NCBI GenBank assembly: GCA_964199315.1
Contig: OZ116703.1
Location: 8,866,001-8,930,000, forward strand
Length of the DNA stretch: 64,000 bases
Origin: Orbicella franksi
Lineage: Eukaryota
Reading direction: 5' to 3'
Below the pieces are notes generated by a model that worked only from the letters and a program-made list of their open reading frames with translations, searched no databases and was not told the origin of the DNA. Positions 1-11,300 of this stretch are shown here, piece by piece (the first letter of the stretch is position 1; each line of letters starts with the position of its first letter). The position numbers and the translations under genes were made by a program.

Positions 1-3000
1 GTGGATTGAGCCGAACTTGAAGCACTGTCACTCAAAATAGCAGACGATGACATCAAATCTTGGGAAGATGTTGAAGGTGACTTTCTATTGTCAACAAATG
101 TGAATGACACGACCACATCTGAAGAGGGGCTCTTTACACTTGACGGCACACTTGAAACTGCATGAGGTAAAGTTGAAGTGCTATTTCCAAGCACTGCCGA
201 TGCGGATGGTTCCAGGTCCGAGGAGGATGTTGAAGGTAAAGTCCCATTATCCACAAACGAAGACGAGATTACAACAGCCACTGAAGAGCTTTGTACCCTT
301 GATGACTCACTTACAACTGACAGAGGTAAAGTTGAAGTACTGTTACCCAACGCCACAGAGGACGTCACTATGCCACGTGATAATGAAGAAGATGATGTAA
401 CCTTGGTGCTGAGCACAACACTAGTTGGTGATGGCGTCATTGTACCCACAACATTTGTTTCAGACAAATTAACATGGGCAGTCGTGCTTTTAACAGCTTC
501 TGACGCTTGTAATACGGAGCTTTCCTTGCCTGAAGATGACATAAGCACACTATGAGACTGCGTACGAGTTCCACCAGGCGTTAGGTCCACATGTAAGGTA
601 GCTGATGATGGGCTTTGTGTAACAGAACCAGTATGACTCCTTGTGACGTTAGCTTGTTGCGACGGTAATAAATGAAAACTGCTTGTTGCGCTCCCTGTTG
701 CCATAACAACTGCCGATGAAACACCCGTGGTATCAACAGTGAGCATTGGTTCTGAAGCAGAGCTGGTGCTCAGTAAACCTGAAGGACGCACAACAATTGA
801 AGTGGAGTTTCCCTGCGGCATTGAAAAAGATAAACTTGTTAGCAAGGCAAGTGTTGAAGAATGAACAACTGAAGTTGTGCTGTTTGTATCACCAACTGCT
901 CGTTTCTTTCGGCGCCTTTTACTAGGTAATGATCCGGATGACGAGGCCACCATTGAAGACGGAGATGATGATAGGTTTCCCACAGCAGACGATCTACTGT
1001 CTGCCTGTGAAAATGAACTTGACAGAGCAACGTGAATACTGCTGCTAGCTTGAGCACTACCCACACCTGTTTGAGATGGTGTTACAGACAAAGACAGTAC
1101 CATTGACGAGTGAGGTTCTCCAACGCTAGTACTCACACTAGACGGCATATGGATACTGGAAGATGAGAACGACTGTGCGCTGGAAGCAGACGTTTTGTTC
1201 TCTGCTTGTGAAAATGAACTTAACTCAGCAACTTGGGTTCTGGTGCTAGTTGGGCTTCCATTCTGAGAACTCACAACACTCCCTTTGGATACTACTGTTG
1301 ATGGTGTCAACATTGCTAGACTAGCACTCGGTGATGTCTGAATGCTTGTGGATGAGACTTTCTCTGCACTAGAAGCGGACGAATCCACTAGTGCCATCGT
1401 ATTGGACTGGACAACAGAAGAGTTCTGTGAATGAATAACACTTTCAACTGAGGCGCTAGCTTTGGTTGTTTCAGTACCACGCAAACTCACTTGTGAAGAC
1501 ACCGCTGTAAAAGTTCTGTCTTGACTTACTGTTGTCATTGAGCTCAGTAATACAGAAGGAGAGGAAATACTACTTGTCACAGTTTTGTCAGCAGCAAAAG
1601 AAAGATTTCCACTCGTGGTCGCAGATGACATCAAAGAGATTCTTGTGCTATTCATCATTAACACATCGGAAGATTCCAAAGCATTTGTAAATTGTGATGA
1701 ACTTGTCACAACATGACTTTCACTTGAAGTTCCAGAAAGGATTATTGTTAGTGTCTCAGATGAAGCGCTGGTTTGGACGATACTTGCAATCTTTGTTGGC
1801 AAAATAGATCCACTAGGGGATTGTGTGGTTACTGGTTTGCTATCACTGGAGATGACTAGCGAGACTGAGCTAACAGCCTCAGTAGAACTGACACTTTGAG
1901 AAGGAAGCGATTCGGCAAGAGTGGAGACAAATGCCGTCGACTCAGCTGAGCTTCTAGACATAACAGAAGAACTTCTAGGAGTGGATTGAAGACTCTCATG
2001 TTTAGTGGTGGCTTGTGTAATAATTGATGACGAAGTAGCAGTGATAGAAGGTGTGGTCACATTCTGCATCTTTGAAATACTAGCACTGCCAACTATTGGA
2101 GTGAAGCTATCAGACAAAGTCATTGTACTAGAGACCGAAGCCTTGCTTGTCAGGGATGTACTCTGCAATTCCAACACTGAGGAGGTGACACGAGGAATGG
2201 CTAATGTACCAGACAGTGATGGTGTAGATTGCACTTTAGTTGAAAGTATGCCTGTTTGAAATGTACTGACATCACTGGTATTCCTTCTGTTGCCTACGAT
2301 ACTACTGGACATAGATGGCATCACAGATGCTATACTCAGACTGTCTGTCTGTACAACTGTACTCGTGGCTGTAACCATCGCCTTTGTGACTGCTTCAGAT
2401 GACAAAAGAGATACTTTACTTGACTCGCGTTTCAATGTTGATGAGGGTGTGATCAAGCTACTGTCTGCCGAGACTCCCACCATGCTGGTTGAGGATGTTA
2501 GCGCAACAGCTGAACCAACCACCTGGCTCTGTGTTTCACTAGCTTGGGTTGGCATGGAAATGGTATGTGTTAATGTCACTGAAGGCAATCCTGACTGCAT
2601 TCTGGAAGCACTTGCAAAGTCTAACGTTATCTTAGGGGTGGTTGATGTTGATAAAGCTGCACTGTGATTAGCAGTTGCCACAGGAAAAACAGTCTTTTCC
2701 ACCACATAATAGATGTAACAAGGAGTAGAATAAGAAGTAACTATAAACCCTTCATCTGTAGATGTCTTGATTGGAGTGACAGATGCCACTGCAGATGTCA
2801 CTGTTTCGACAGATGACCTGGAGGGCATTACTGTTTCCAATGTGAGAGTGAATCCACCAGTCAAGCTTGATCGACTAGATCCTGAGAACAACAATCTTGA
2901 TGATGCCACAGATGGTGCTGAGCTTGGACTTTCGCCCATAGCTGTTGGCGTGGGTGATATGATTCCTTCTGTTACTGAGCTTGAAGAAGCCACTGGTAAT

Positions 3001-4312
3001 ACCAGCTGACTTGATGATACTGCTAACGCACTTGACACTAGGGTTGATTCTTTCCCTGAGGTTGTTGCTATGGGAGACAAAACTCCAATACTTGACACTG
3101 TGGCTGATGTTGATTGAATTGTGGTATTTTGGGAGACCATGACACTTGATCCTTCACCTACAGCTGTAGTTACGGAGGATTCAAGTCCTACACCAACTGA
3201 ACTTAAATTAGGTGCTGATGAAGTTTGTGAAGGAACAGTAGCAGATGGCAACAAGCCAGATGTTTTCACTGCAGTTTCATTAAGACTTGGAACACCTGAA
3301 GGTGAGACAGCTGATGAGTTGGTAACAGATCTTGTTTGGCTGACGAGTCCCATTGAGCTTGAAAATGATGAAGATTGGCCGGCAAAATTCACAGTAGAGC
3401 TACTGCTTTGCAACGCTGATAGAAGTGTAGAATCACCAGTATGTGTGGCAGATATTGTCGTCTTTATAGGTAAGACAGTTGTTGGCATTACAGTAGCATT
3501 AACTGTCTGAGCACTGGAATTCAAAGTCAATGCAACAGGATCACCTGCACTGAACATTTCACTTTCTGTGACTAACTTTGCAGTTGTACTTGCTAGGATT
3601 GTACGAGTTGAAAAGCTTTCAGCGGCAGTTTTTGAAGCGTTAGTTAACATGTTACTAGTTAAGGGACTTGTTGCCAATGTTCTGTTTGTTGCTATGGCAA
3701 TTGAACTTGATGAAACCATCAGAGAGTTCACCAGTTGAGGAGACGATGATCCTGCTATTGATGGACTGGGCAATTCTGTTGAAGAACCATTAACAGTCAA
3801 TGTGTGAGACGGCTGGCTTTGACTAGAAATTGATTTTCCTATTGCAGATGATGAGTGTGTCGACAACAATGTTCTTGTAGCGCTAACAACATTTGATAGG
3901 TTCGCTGCTGAAGAAACAACAGAGGTCAGATATGACATGGATGTTGATGTACTACCCTGCTGCAATGAAGGAGACATGTCAGATGTTTGCAGTTGTTGAG
4001 ATGAGGAAGCTGATGTCCTCGTGTTACTTAATATAAAAGCGCTTGAACTTTTTAGATTAAGAAATGAGGAAGATACTGATGAAGTATTTATAGAATGATT
4101 TGAACTAACAGTACTCAAGACAACATCAGTGCTAGTTTGACTAACACCAACATTTTGGGAACTTATTAAAGAAACTGTTGTTCCTTGACTATTGAACGTC
4201 CTTGTTCCTGAAATGGACAAAGCTGAAGTCTCTGTTTTTGTAATGCTGTTGCTGAACAGCAAACTTGAAGTGGCATCACTTGCCAGTTCCACAGGTGAAG
4301 TGGCATTATTTG
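1..4312 (-). CDS. Large exon of a Ser/Thr-rich mucin-like secreted or cell-surface protein (continues beyond window start)
   Basis: Acceptor ttcacag| at 4313-4314, then (A)NNATSPVELASDATSSLLFSSITKTETS... The same minus frame is open at the window start (DLMSSSAILSDSASSSAQST), and the plus-strand shadow ORFs in between all share one register. S/T/V/P-rich with NxS/T sequons. The ORF track misses it because it has no stop inside the window. Confidence 0.88.
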
Positions 4313-5699
4313 CTGTGAAATTAAAAATTTTAAAAAAATGTCAGTTTAAGACACTGTTGACGGTGTTTACTGTTACTGAAAAATCCTGCTTTATGGACAC
4401 CCACTTAATATGGGCTGCCTTATCATTACAAATGGTGGTATATCAGACGTCATAAATCCATACATGTACACGTAGGAGAATCAGTCAATACAGCCATATA
4501 CAGCACTGTCATTAACGTTTGAGTGACCTGTAGCCTTGTTCTCCACACCCATAGTAAATTTGTTACTCTGTGAGTAAATTCTATCAACAACAGGCAATTT
4601 CACCCATACAATCAAGGGAAAATGAAGCATACTCACCCATGACAGGTGTTATGGGTTACGGCCCTTAATGGCAGCTCTCATATATGTCAATGTGGTCCCC
4701 ACGATGGTCTCCCGTGACAAACATCTGATTGAATTTTGCATGTATAATGTACATGTATGTATATGAACAGTGTCCACACCAGATCAGTGTGCATACATGT
4801 ATGTGTTCTTGCATACACAGGTTTTGTACATGCATGGACAAGAAATTCTGGTGTGATTATCAATAAGGCACCCATTTAAGCAAGCATTCATTAAGCCGGA
4901 CCGAAATGACATATAACATGCAAATCTATAAAGTCTCTTATTAATAATCAAAATTCAATAACAGGTCAAATAGGAAACTTCTACTTTCTTTTGTTCATTG
5001 CAAGTACAAAACGTACAACGTAACTAGCAGCTACATGATCAAGATCGAAAAGGATTACAGAGCGGAAGTTGGAGTATTACTTGTGCAGTTTACTGGACAA
5101 TGTGTCATCATAATTAACAAGTCAGGAACCCAAAGTCATGCACAGCATAAATTGCAGTGTTATTTAACACCAATGGAGCAGAATTGAGAACATTGACAGG
5201 AATTTAGCAAAAATGAGCCAAAGGCAATCATTTCCCACATTGCTCAACTGTCCTCCAAATAACCAGGGAAAGAGGTGGGGGAGAGGGGGGGGGGGGTGGT
5301 GGGGTGATAGCTATAATTTGTCTACATGGCCTTGGTTTGTTTTGTTTTTTTTACACCTTACATGCATGACTTAGATTTAACATGCAAGAAGCAATATAAA
5401 ATTAACCATGGGCTCTGAACATATCTTACAAAACACTGATTGCTTTTTAACTCATCAGGCAAATGTGTGGAAAATGTAAACTGCATCATAATTTGCCACA
5501 TCAACTGCAAATTGCAACACATTAAATGCTCAGCACTGGAGCTGTACTTCAAGCAAATGTCCGATTTACATAAGGAACTTTCATAAAGCTTCTGATGAAA
5601 CATGTCAGTTATCTGAAATGCTCTTAAAACTGTGTATTACGTTTCACTTTCTTGTGTTCAAAACTTAACAGCAACTAGACCTGCATCAGGATCATACAA

Positions 5700-6110
5700 A
5701 CTTAAAGACTGTCGTCACAACTGGGCGGCGAAAAAAACTTTGAAATCCACTTGCCCAGTGGGCCAGTAATTTTCAGTTTTCACTTGCCCCCACTTAAATA
5801 TTACTAGCCGACGTGGCAGCGAGTATGGCAATCAGAGGACAAAAGTGAACAAAGTATGCCTGGATGAATGCTAACTAATCCATGCTTTCAACTCAATGGT
5901 TACTAATCCTCCAGTCTTAAGTTCCGAAATAGCTTCTGACTGGAAATTATCATTTATCAAGCTAACATTTTCATTCAGACAGATTCACAAGACTACTGAT
6001 GTTAATTTCACTTGCCCATCAGGCCACAGAACTTCTCTTTTCACTTGCTCAAGAGCACAATTTACTTGCCCTAGGCAATCAGACCTGGGTTTATTTTTTC
6101 TGCTCTGCAT
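5700..6110. repeat. Element with multiple cacttgccc subterminal repeats (possibly hAT-derived)
   Basis: Five to six ttcacttgcc(c) motifs clustered at both ends. Confidence 0.4.
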
Positions 6111-7229
6111 AATTTAAAAAAACCCAACTCTTTATAAATTTTCCATTTCAGTCTCAAAGTTGAAGTTACGTGTATTCTGCATGGTGAATTAAGTTAACAT
6201 TGAACATATGTTATTAGTAGCTTCGCTCAAACAACTGACACATATTTCAGAAAGAAAACATGAAATGGAAATTTTTAAACTCAATTATCACTTCATTTAT
6301 TGAAAATCCTTCGGGACTACTGCAGCAATTAGTTCTCAATTGTTTCCCAACACTTCAAAACAATATGAGGACAATGTGAAGATTTCAAATTTTTGGCATA
6401 GCAACTTTAATATAACAGTATTCCAGAAGTTCATTAAAAAGTTGGCAAACTCTAGAATCTGTCTATTTGACCTTAAATACTTATGTATATCAGGATCATT
6501 ACGCAACTGAAGAATCATCTAGAATTGAAACCTTGTGCTGTTGAATGACTTACGAAAACAAAGAAATTTGAATTTGAATTTCCGTACAGCTTAAGATACT
6601 AACAAATATCTTTAGAAGCTATAAAGTGCAAACTTGATCTTCAGATTTTCAGGTTGTTTTAATTTATCTTTTGTAGCTCTTAGCTACACAGATTTTTGAA
6701 ATTCCATGATTTTAGGGTTAATTATAAAGCGGCTAAAAAATCTAAAGCAAATAAAATTTCAATTGGTAGTACCGAACTCTAACGAGCTTATATAGCTCAC
6801 AGAATCAAGTTATGCGTGATCCGTCTGGCTGGACTGTCTCGTATTGAGCTTTTATAAGTAGAAAGCTTGAAACCATTAGATAGCGATCTATTCTGCCAAG
6901 GTGCTCCACGCGTTGCAATTAAAAATATACGCATGGGAGGTCATAGCTTTCTGGCAAATAACATTTGCAAATCAACGTGGTTCTTTCCGTTCGCGATGTC
7001 ACGTCCGAGAAAGCGATGACAACCAAACAGGAATGACATAGGCCTATATTTCACGAATGAAGCACTGACCTAACTTAGATATAAAATATTAAAACAGTAA
7101 CTACAAATATGAACAGGCAAATGTGGTTCAAGAACGTTTATAGTATTCGTGTACTCGTAAAATAATAAAGCATCTAAGCTTATATTGGCTAATTTGCAAT
7201 AAAAGCGTAAAATGGATAACGAATCTTAC

Positions 7230-7437
7230 CATATGTTGATGATAATTCTGCTGTCGAAACACCACCATTTGTCCTAGATGATATACTTTGGATTCTTGTG
7301 AACAGCGTACTCGACGATATACTTGGCAACACACTTGAAGCGAAGCCTGAACTAAGAACAGAGCTTGAACTGGTTGCGTCCAATTTCGCCGCAAACAAAA
7401 CAACTAACACGGCAAAACCTCTCCATAACAGGTCCAT
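7230..7437 (-). CDS. First coding exon (signal peptide) of the mucin-like gene
   Basis: ATG at 7437, MDLLWRGFAVLVVLFAAKLDA (hydrophobic signal peptide) followed by an S/T-rich segment. The donor G|gtaag at 7230/7229 is phase 1, matching the phase-1 acceptor at 4312 (G+CA = Ala). Confidence 0.85.
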
Positions 7438-8369
7438 ACGAATCCTTATTTCGCTCGTAAACTGCCACATTACGTTTGACTTTTTATCCGGTTCATCTGG
7501 ATTGGTAGTACAGCTATTCGTTCACTTGGAAATTAAATATGATCGTTGCTTTCAGGCTGTTTTGCGACCGCCATTTCCATAATTCCATGACAACCATGCT
7601 CTGTTGCATGCCGAAAATAGCCCGACGAGGTCATGTGATCTTTTCCGATATCTAGTTCAAAAGTGATTTATCGTATATGTTCCTTTGTGCCGTATCAGTC
7701 CCATATTACTATATTTCGGTATATCGAGTTTTATAACTGCAAGGATTCACTTTTTGTAGTTATTTCAAAGCACTTTATCAAAAAAAGAAAAAAATAATAA
7801 TTTCGACAGAAACAGTCACGCAACAATTCTTGCATGACGAATAATTGTAAACCTAATTCCCAGCTTTTCTCTCCTAGGCTTCAGATTGAAATGAATGAAT
7901 TGATTTCTCTCTTTTTCCAGCCGTTCTTGAGGGACAAACGCGCAGGGAACCATTTTGAAAGCACAGCTTTTGTATTTTGTGCTCGCACTTCACGTGACTG
8001 ATGCCAAATTGTCTATAAGTTGCATACCAGAGCAGTGACGTGTCATCAGTCACGCAAGGACAAAGTGATCGATTACTTGTGAATATTTTTTGCGGAGCAT
8101 CAAGATATTACATTGCCATTGTTCGCCGACATCAAACTAGCATTTAACAGGTGGTGTGACAAACTTCATTTTAGATCTGTTTTCACCTGCTCTCATCGGG
8201 CATAAATATTTACGCGGGTGTCTTCAATACAGCGCCACTACCGTAATCATGGGGATCGGCACAGGCAGATTGTTCATCCATTCGATTCGACCATCGATAA
8301 CGAAATGTCCTCAGTTCGAAAGCGTTTGAGCAGCTATGGACAGCCAAGCTAGTGGTTTTGGTCGACAAA

Positions 8370-11300
8370 ATGGAGATTTTCAAGGATCTAAGGATTCCTC
8401 TGCCAAAAACGTTCGAGTCGCCAAGCCTAACTCGCTTAGGAAAATTTCAACGCGGAATTTTGACAGCCGCGCTTCTTGTGATACCCACGTTGCAGGCGAT
8501 CTTGTGGCAGCGGGAGCAAGATCATTTTAGTTCTGAATTTCGTTGTGGAGTAAAGGATGGAGATGTCGATAGCGCTGTGAGCGAACGAGAGGACCTTACA
8601 TTTCAGTTCTTCCAAGACTACACGAACAAATACAGCGGCGTTTCGCAGGGAATGTTTGTAATTTTCGTTTTACTGAATCTAATAATCGTCCATTTCTACA
8701 TGTCCTTTGTCTCCGATCGATTTAATTCGTGGCTCAAGCTTAGGACGACAAAACAGCGTGGCAAAATTCTAGCCGAGTTGAAGGGTTCGACTGCTGTGTT
8801 TAAAGCTCACTCTATTCAACTCGGCCTGAGGTTGATGTGTGCCGTGATCTTTATTGTTTACAACTGCCTCGCGCACTCAATTGTCTTACCCACGGAGAGG
8901 GAATATCTACCTTTCGACGCAATCTCGTTCGCTACTGCAGTTATATGCTACGCTGATCAAGCTTTCGAATCATCAATCTTTAATATAGCTTTGTTGACCT
9001 TTGCGACATTTTCTGGCACTCTGAATTTGACTGAACTCGTCTATACTTGGCAAGAAACGAGCGCCTTCGAGCGAATCTCAGACTATTATTTCTGCACGCT
9101 TTTGTTACGGCACAATAGCGTGACAGAGTCCACTAATATGCTGATAGAGAAGGAATTGTTCTTGGAAAAACAAAGGGAAAAGATACGCGATAAAAAGAGG
9201 CCAACAGTCCAACTACCACTGATGAAGTCTAGTAATGCAACAGTGCACAGTATCCCTTGTAATTTATTCATCTCTCAGCAGAAACTGAAATATAGAGGAG
9301 TTAAGAAACAGAAACACAAGCAAGAATTATTCAGAACTTACAGCAGAACTAAAAAAATCCCAGTTCGTTCGCTTGAGGACTTGTTAAAACCGAATAGAGA
9401 CTCGGCGACACCGAAGAGAATCCTTGTAACCGGGGCAGCGGGAATTGGAAAAACGGAGCTCACATTGCAGCTTGTGGAGCAATTCAATACTGCAGAAAGC
9501 GGATTTTGCAATCTTAATTTTGTTTTCATTTTCAATTTCAAAGAACTCGCTTTTATCGATAATCTCATTACTTTGCAAGACTTTCTTAATCACTCGGCTT
9601 TTTGTTCGAGACTGGGGGACATTGTGTACCGGAAGATTGCGTCAAATCCAGAAGAGGTCCTCCTTGTTTTTGATGGCCTCAACGAGTGGACTGTAAAGTC
9701 GTTCGTACAGCACACCTGCACGGGAGGAAATGAAGAGAAAATGACCGTGTCTTCTATCGTCTTAAAGCTTCTTTCCGGAGAACTTTTACCGGAATCAACT
9801 ATCATTGTCACCTCGCGACCAACACCCTTGCTATCGGAGATAGTAGAAATGGTGGCATTTGACCGGTATGTAGAGCTTGGTTGCTTTAAGCCAGAGGAGC
9901 TCAAGATCTACATCCAAGAGTTTTTCCAGCACAATAAAGAGCTTATCGCCACAGTGAGAAATCGCATTTCCAGCGAACCGAATCTTCAAGTTCTTTGCCG
10001 TTTACCTGAAAACTGCCATCTACTTTGTTTGTACTTAGACTTCGTGGCCTCAACGAGAACGTCACAAGAAGTCCAATCTCTCGAGTTACCCTCCTCGACA
10101 ACAGAAATCTTCGGGAGATCAATTGACACAGCAACAAACGCAGAATCCGACCAAAGTGAACACAAGACATTCCCATCGGATCACGTTATTTTCTCAAAGA
10201 ACTCTCTAGAAGTCTTCGAAAAGCTCTCGTGTCTCGCTTTTGAAGGAATAATGAACGAAAGGTATGTCTTTAGAAAAGAGGATCTCTCCCATGTTGAACT
10301 TAGTGCATTCGAGGCTGACTTTCTTGAGGAAGCTGGCCTTTTATGTCGCTCACGAGGCAATCTACTCAGACAAGCGGACGTATATTGCTTCAGTTGCCTT
10401 TCAGTCCAAGAGTATCTTGCCGCCAGAAGAATTGTTCAGTCTTCCTCTATAGGCGATTTGCGGGATTTTCTGGAAAAAGCCAACGAGAATCACTGCGCTA
10501 CTTTGCAATTCGTGGCTGGGTTATGTAAAGATGGAAAGGAAGGCAGGGGCCTTTTTGTGTGCTTGATGCAGCACTTAACTGAAGCTATCAAAGTGAACAG
10601 CTTTGTCCACGAACCAGTGATCGATAACCAAGCAATCATTTTTCTCTGCAAATGCCTCTTCGAAAACGGGACTAAACTGGGCCATCCTTTCGCAAGAGAA
10701 GCAACCTCTTCCATATCGTCAAAGCCTATCGTCTTCACAGAAATTGGCACGGACCCACTGGAAACACAAGCGATTCTTTACTGCTTGAAAGAGGCCATTG
10801 GGAGCAATGTAAAGAGGGTCATCTTCGAGAGCAATGCTATGGAAGACGACGGGTTCCGTCAGGTGGCCACCTCCATCTGCGAGGAGTCCTGCAAGTTGGA
10901 CCAAGTTAATCTGACAAGCTCAGGTATCACAGAGGACGCTATGCTGTCGTTCCTGGAAATAAGCGCAAGCCACTCTTTTCTTGGAATAAAGATTCTCGGG
11001 CTGAGAGGCAACGACATCTCAAGCGAGGGGGCGAGATACCTTGCGTGTTTGCTCTTCAACGACTGGTGCCATTTGGAAGAACTCCATCTTGGCAACAACA
11101 GAATCGGCGATCTGGGTGTGGAATATTTCAGTGAAGCCCTTTGCAGCGGAAGCAGCAGAATTCACACTTTAGACTTGAGTTCCAATGGAATAACCCACAA
11201 CGGTGTTTTCCACCTGAGCAGGGCTCTCAGAAGTCCAGTTTGTAATGTCAAACGACTGTACCTTCAGAAGAACAAAATTCTAGACTTCGGCATGCAAGAT

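Noticed and set aside
104-4455. Plus-strand V/L/E/D-rich ORFs (178, 2005, 2290, 2767, 3121, 4192 and others)
   Set aside because: Nearly all lie in one register and are the antisense shadow of the Ser/Thr-rich minus-strand exon; they show no domains or splice support.
8418-9053. Reading the NLR N-terminus as innexin/pannexin/LRRC8, CALHM or MLKL/HeLo-like
   Set aside because: It lacks the innexin/pannexin YYQW-type TM2 motif and two-Cys-per-loop pattern, and it is four long hydrophobic helices rather than an amphipathic bundle; the connexin motifs fit better. A profile search is still needed to close this.
9086-11098. Short minus-strand and off-frame ORFs inside the NLR
   Set aside because: Shadows of a long coding sequence with no independent features.
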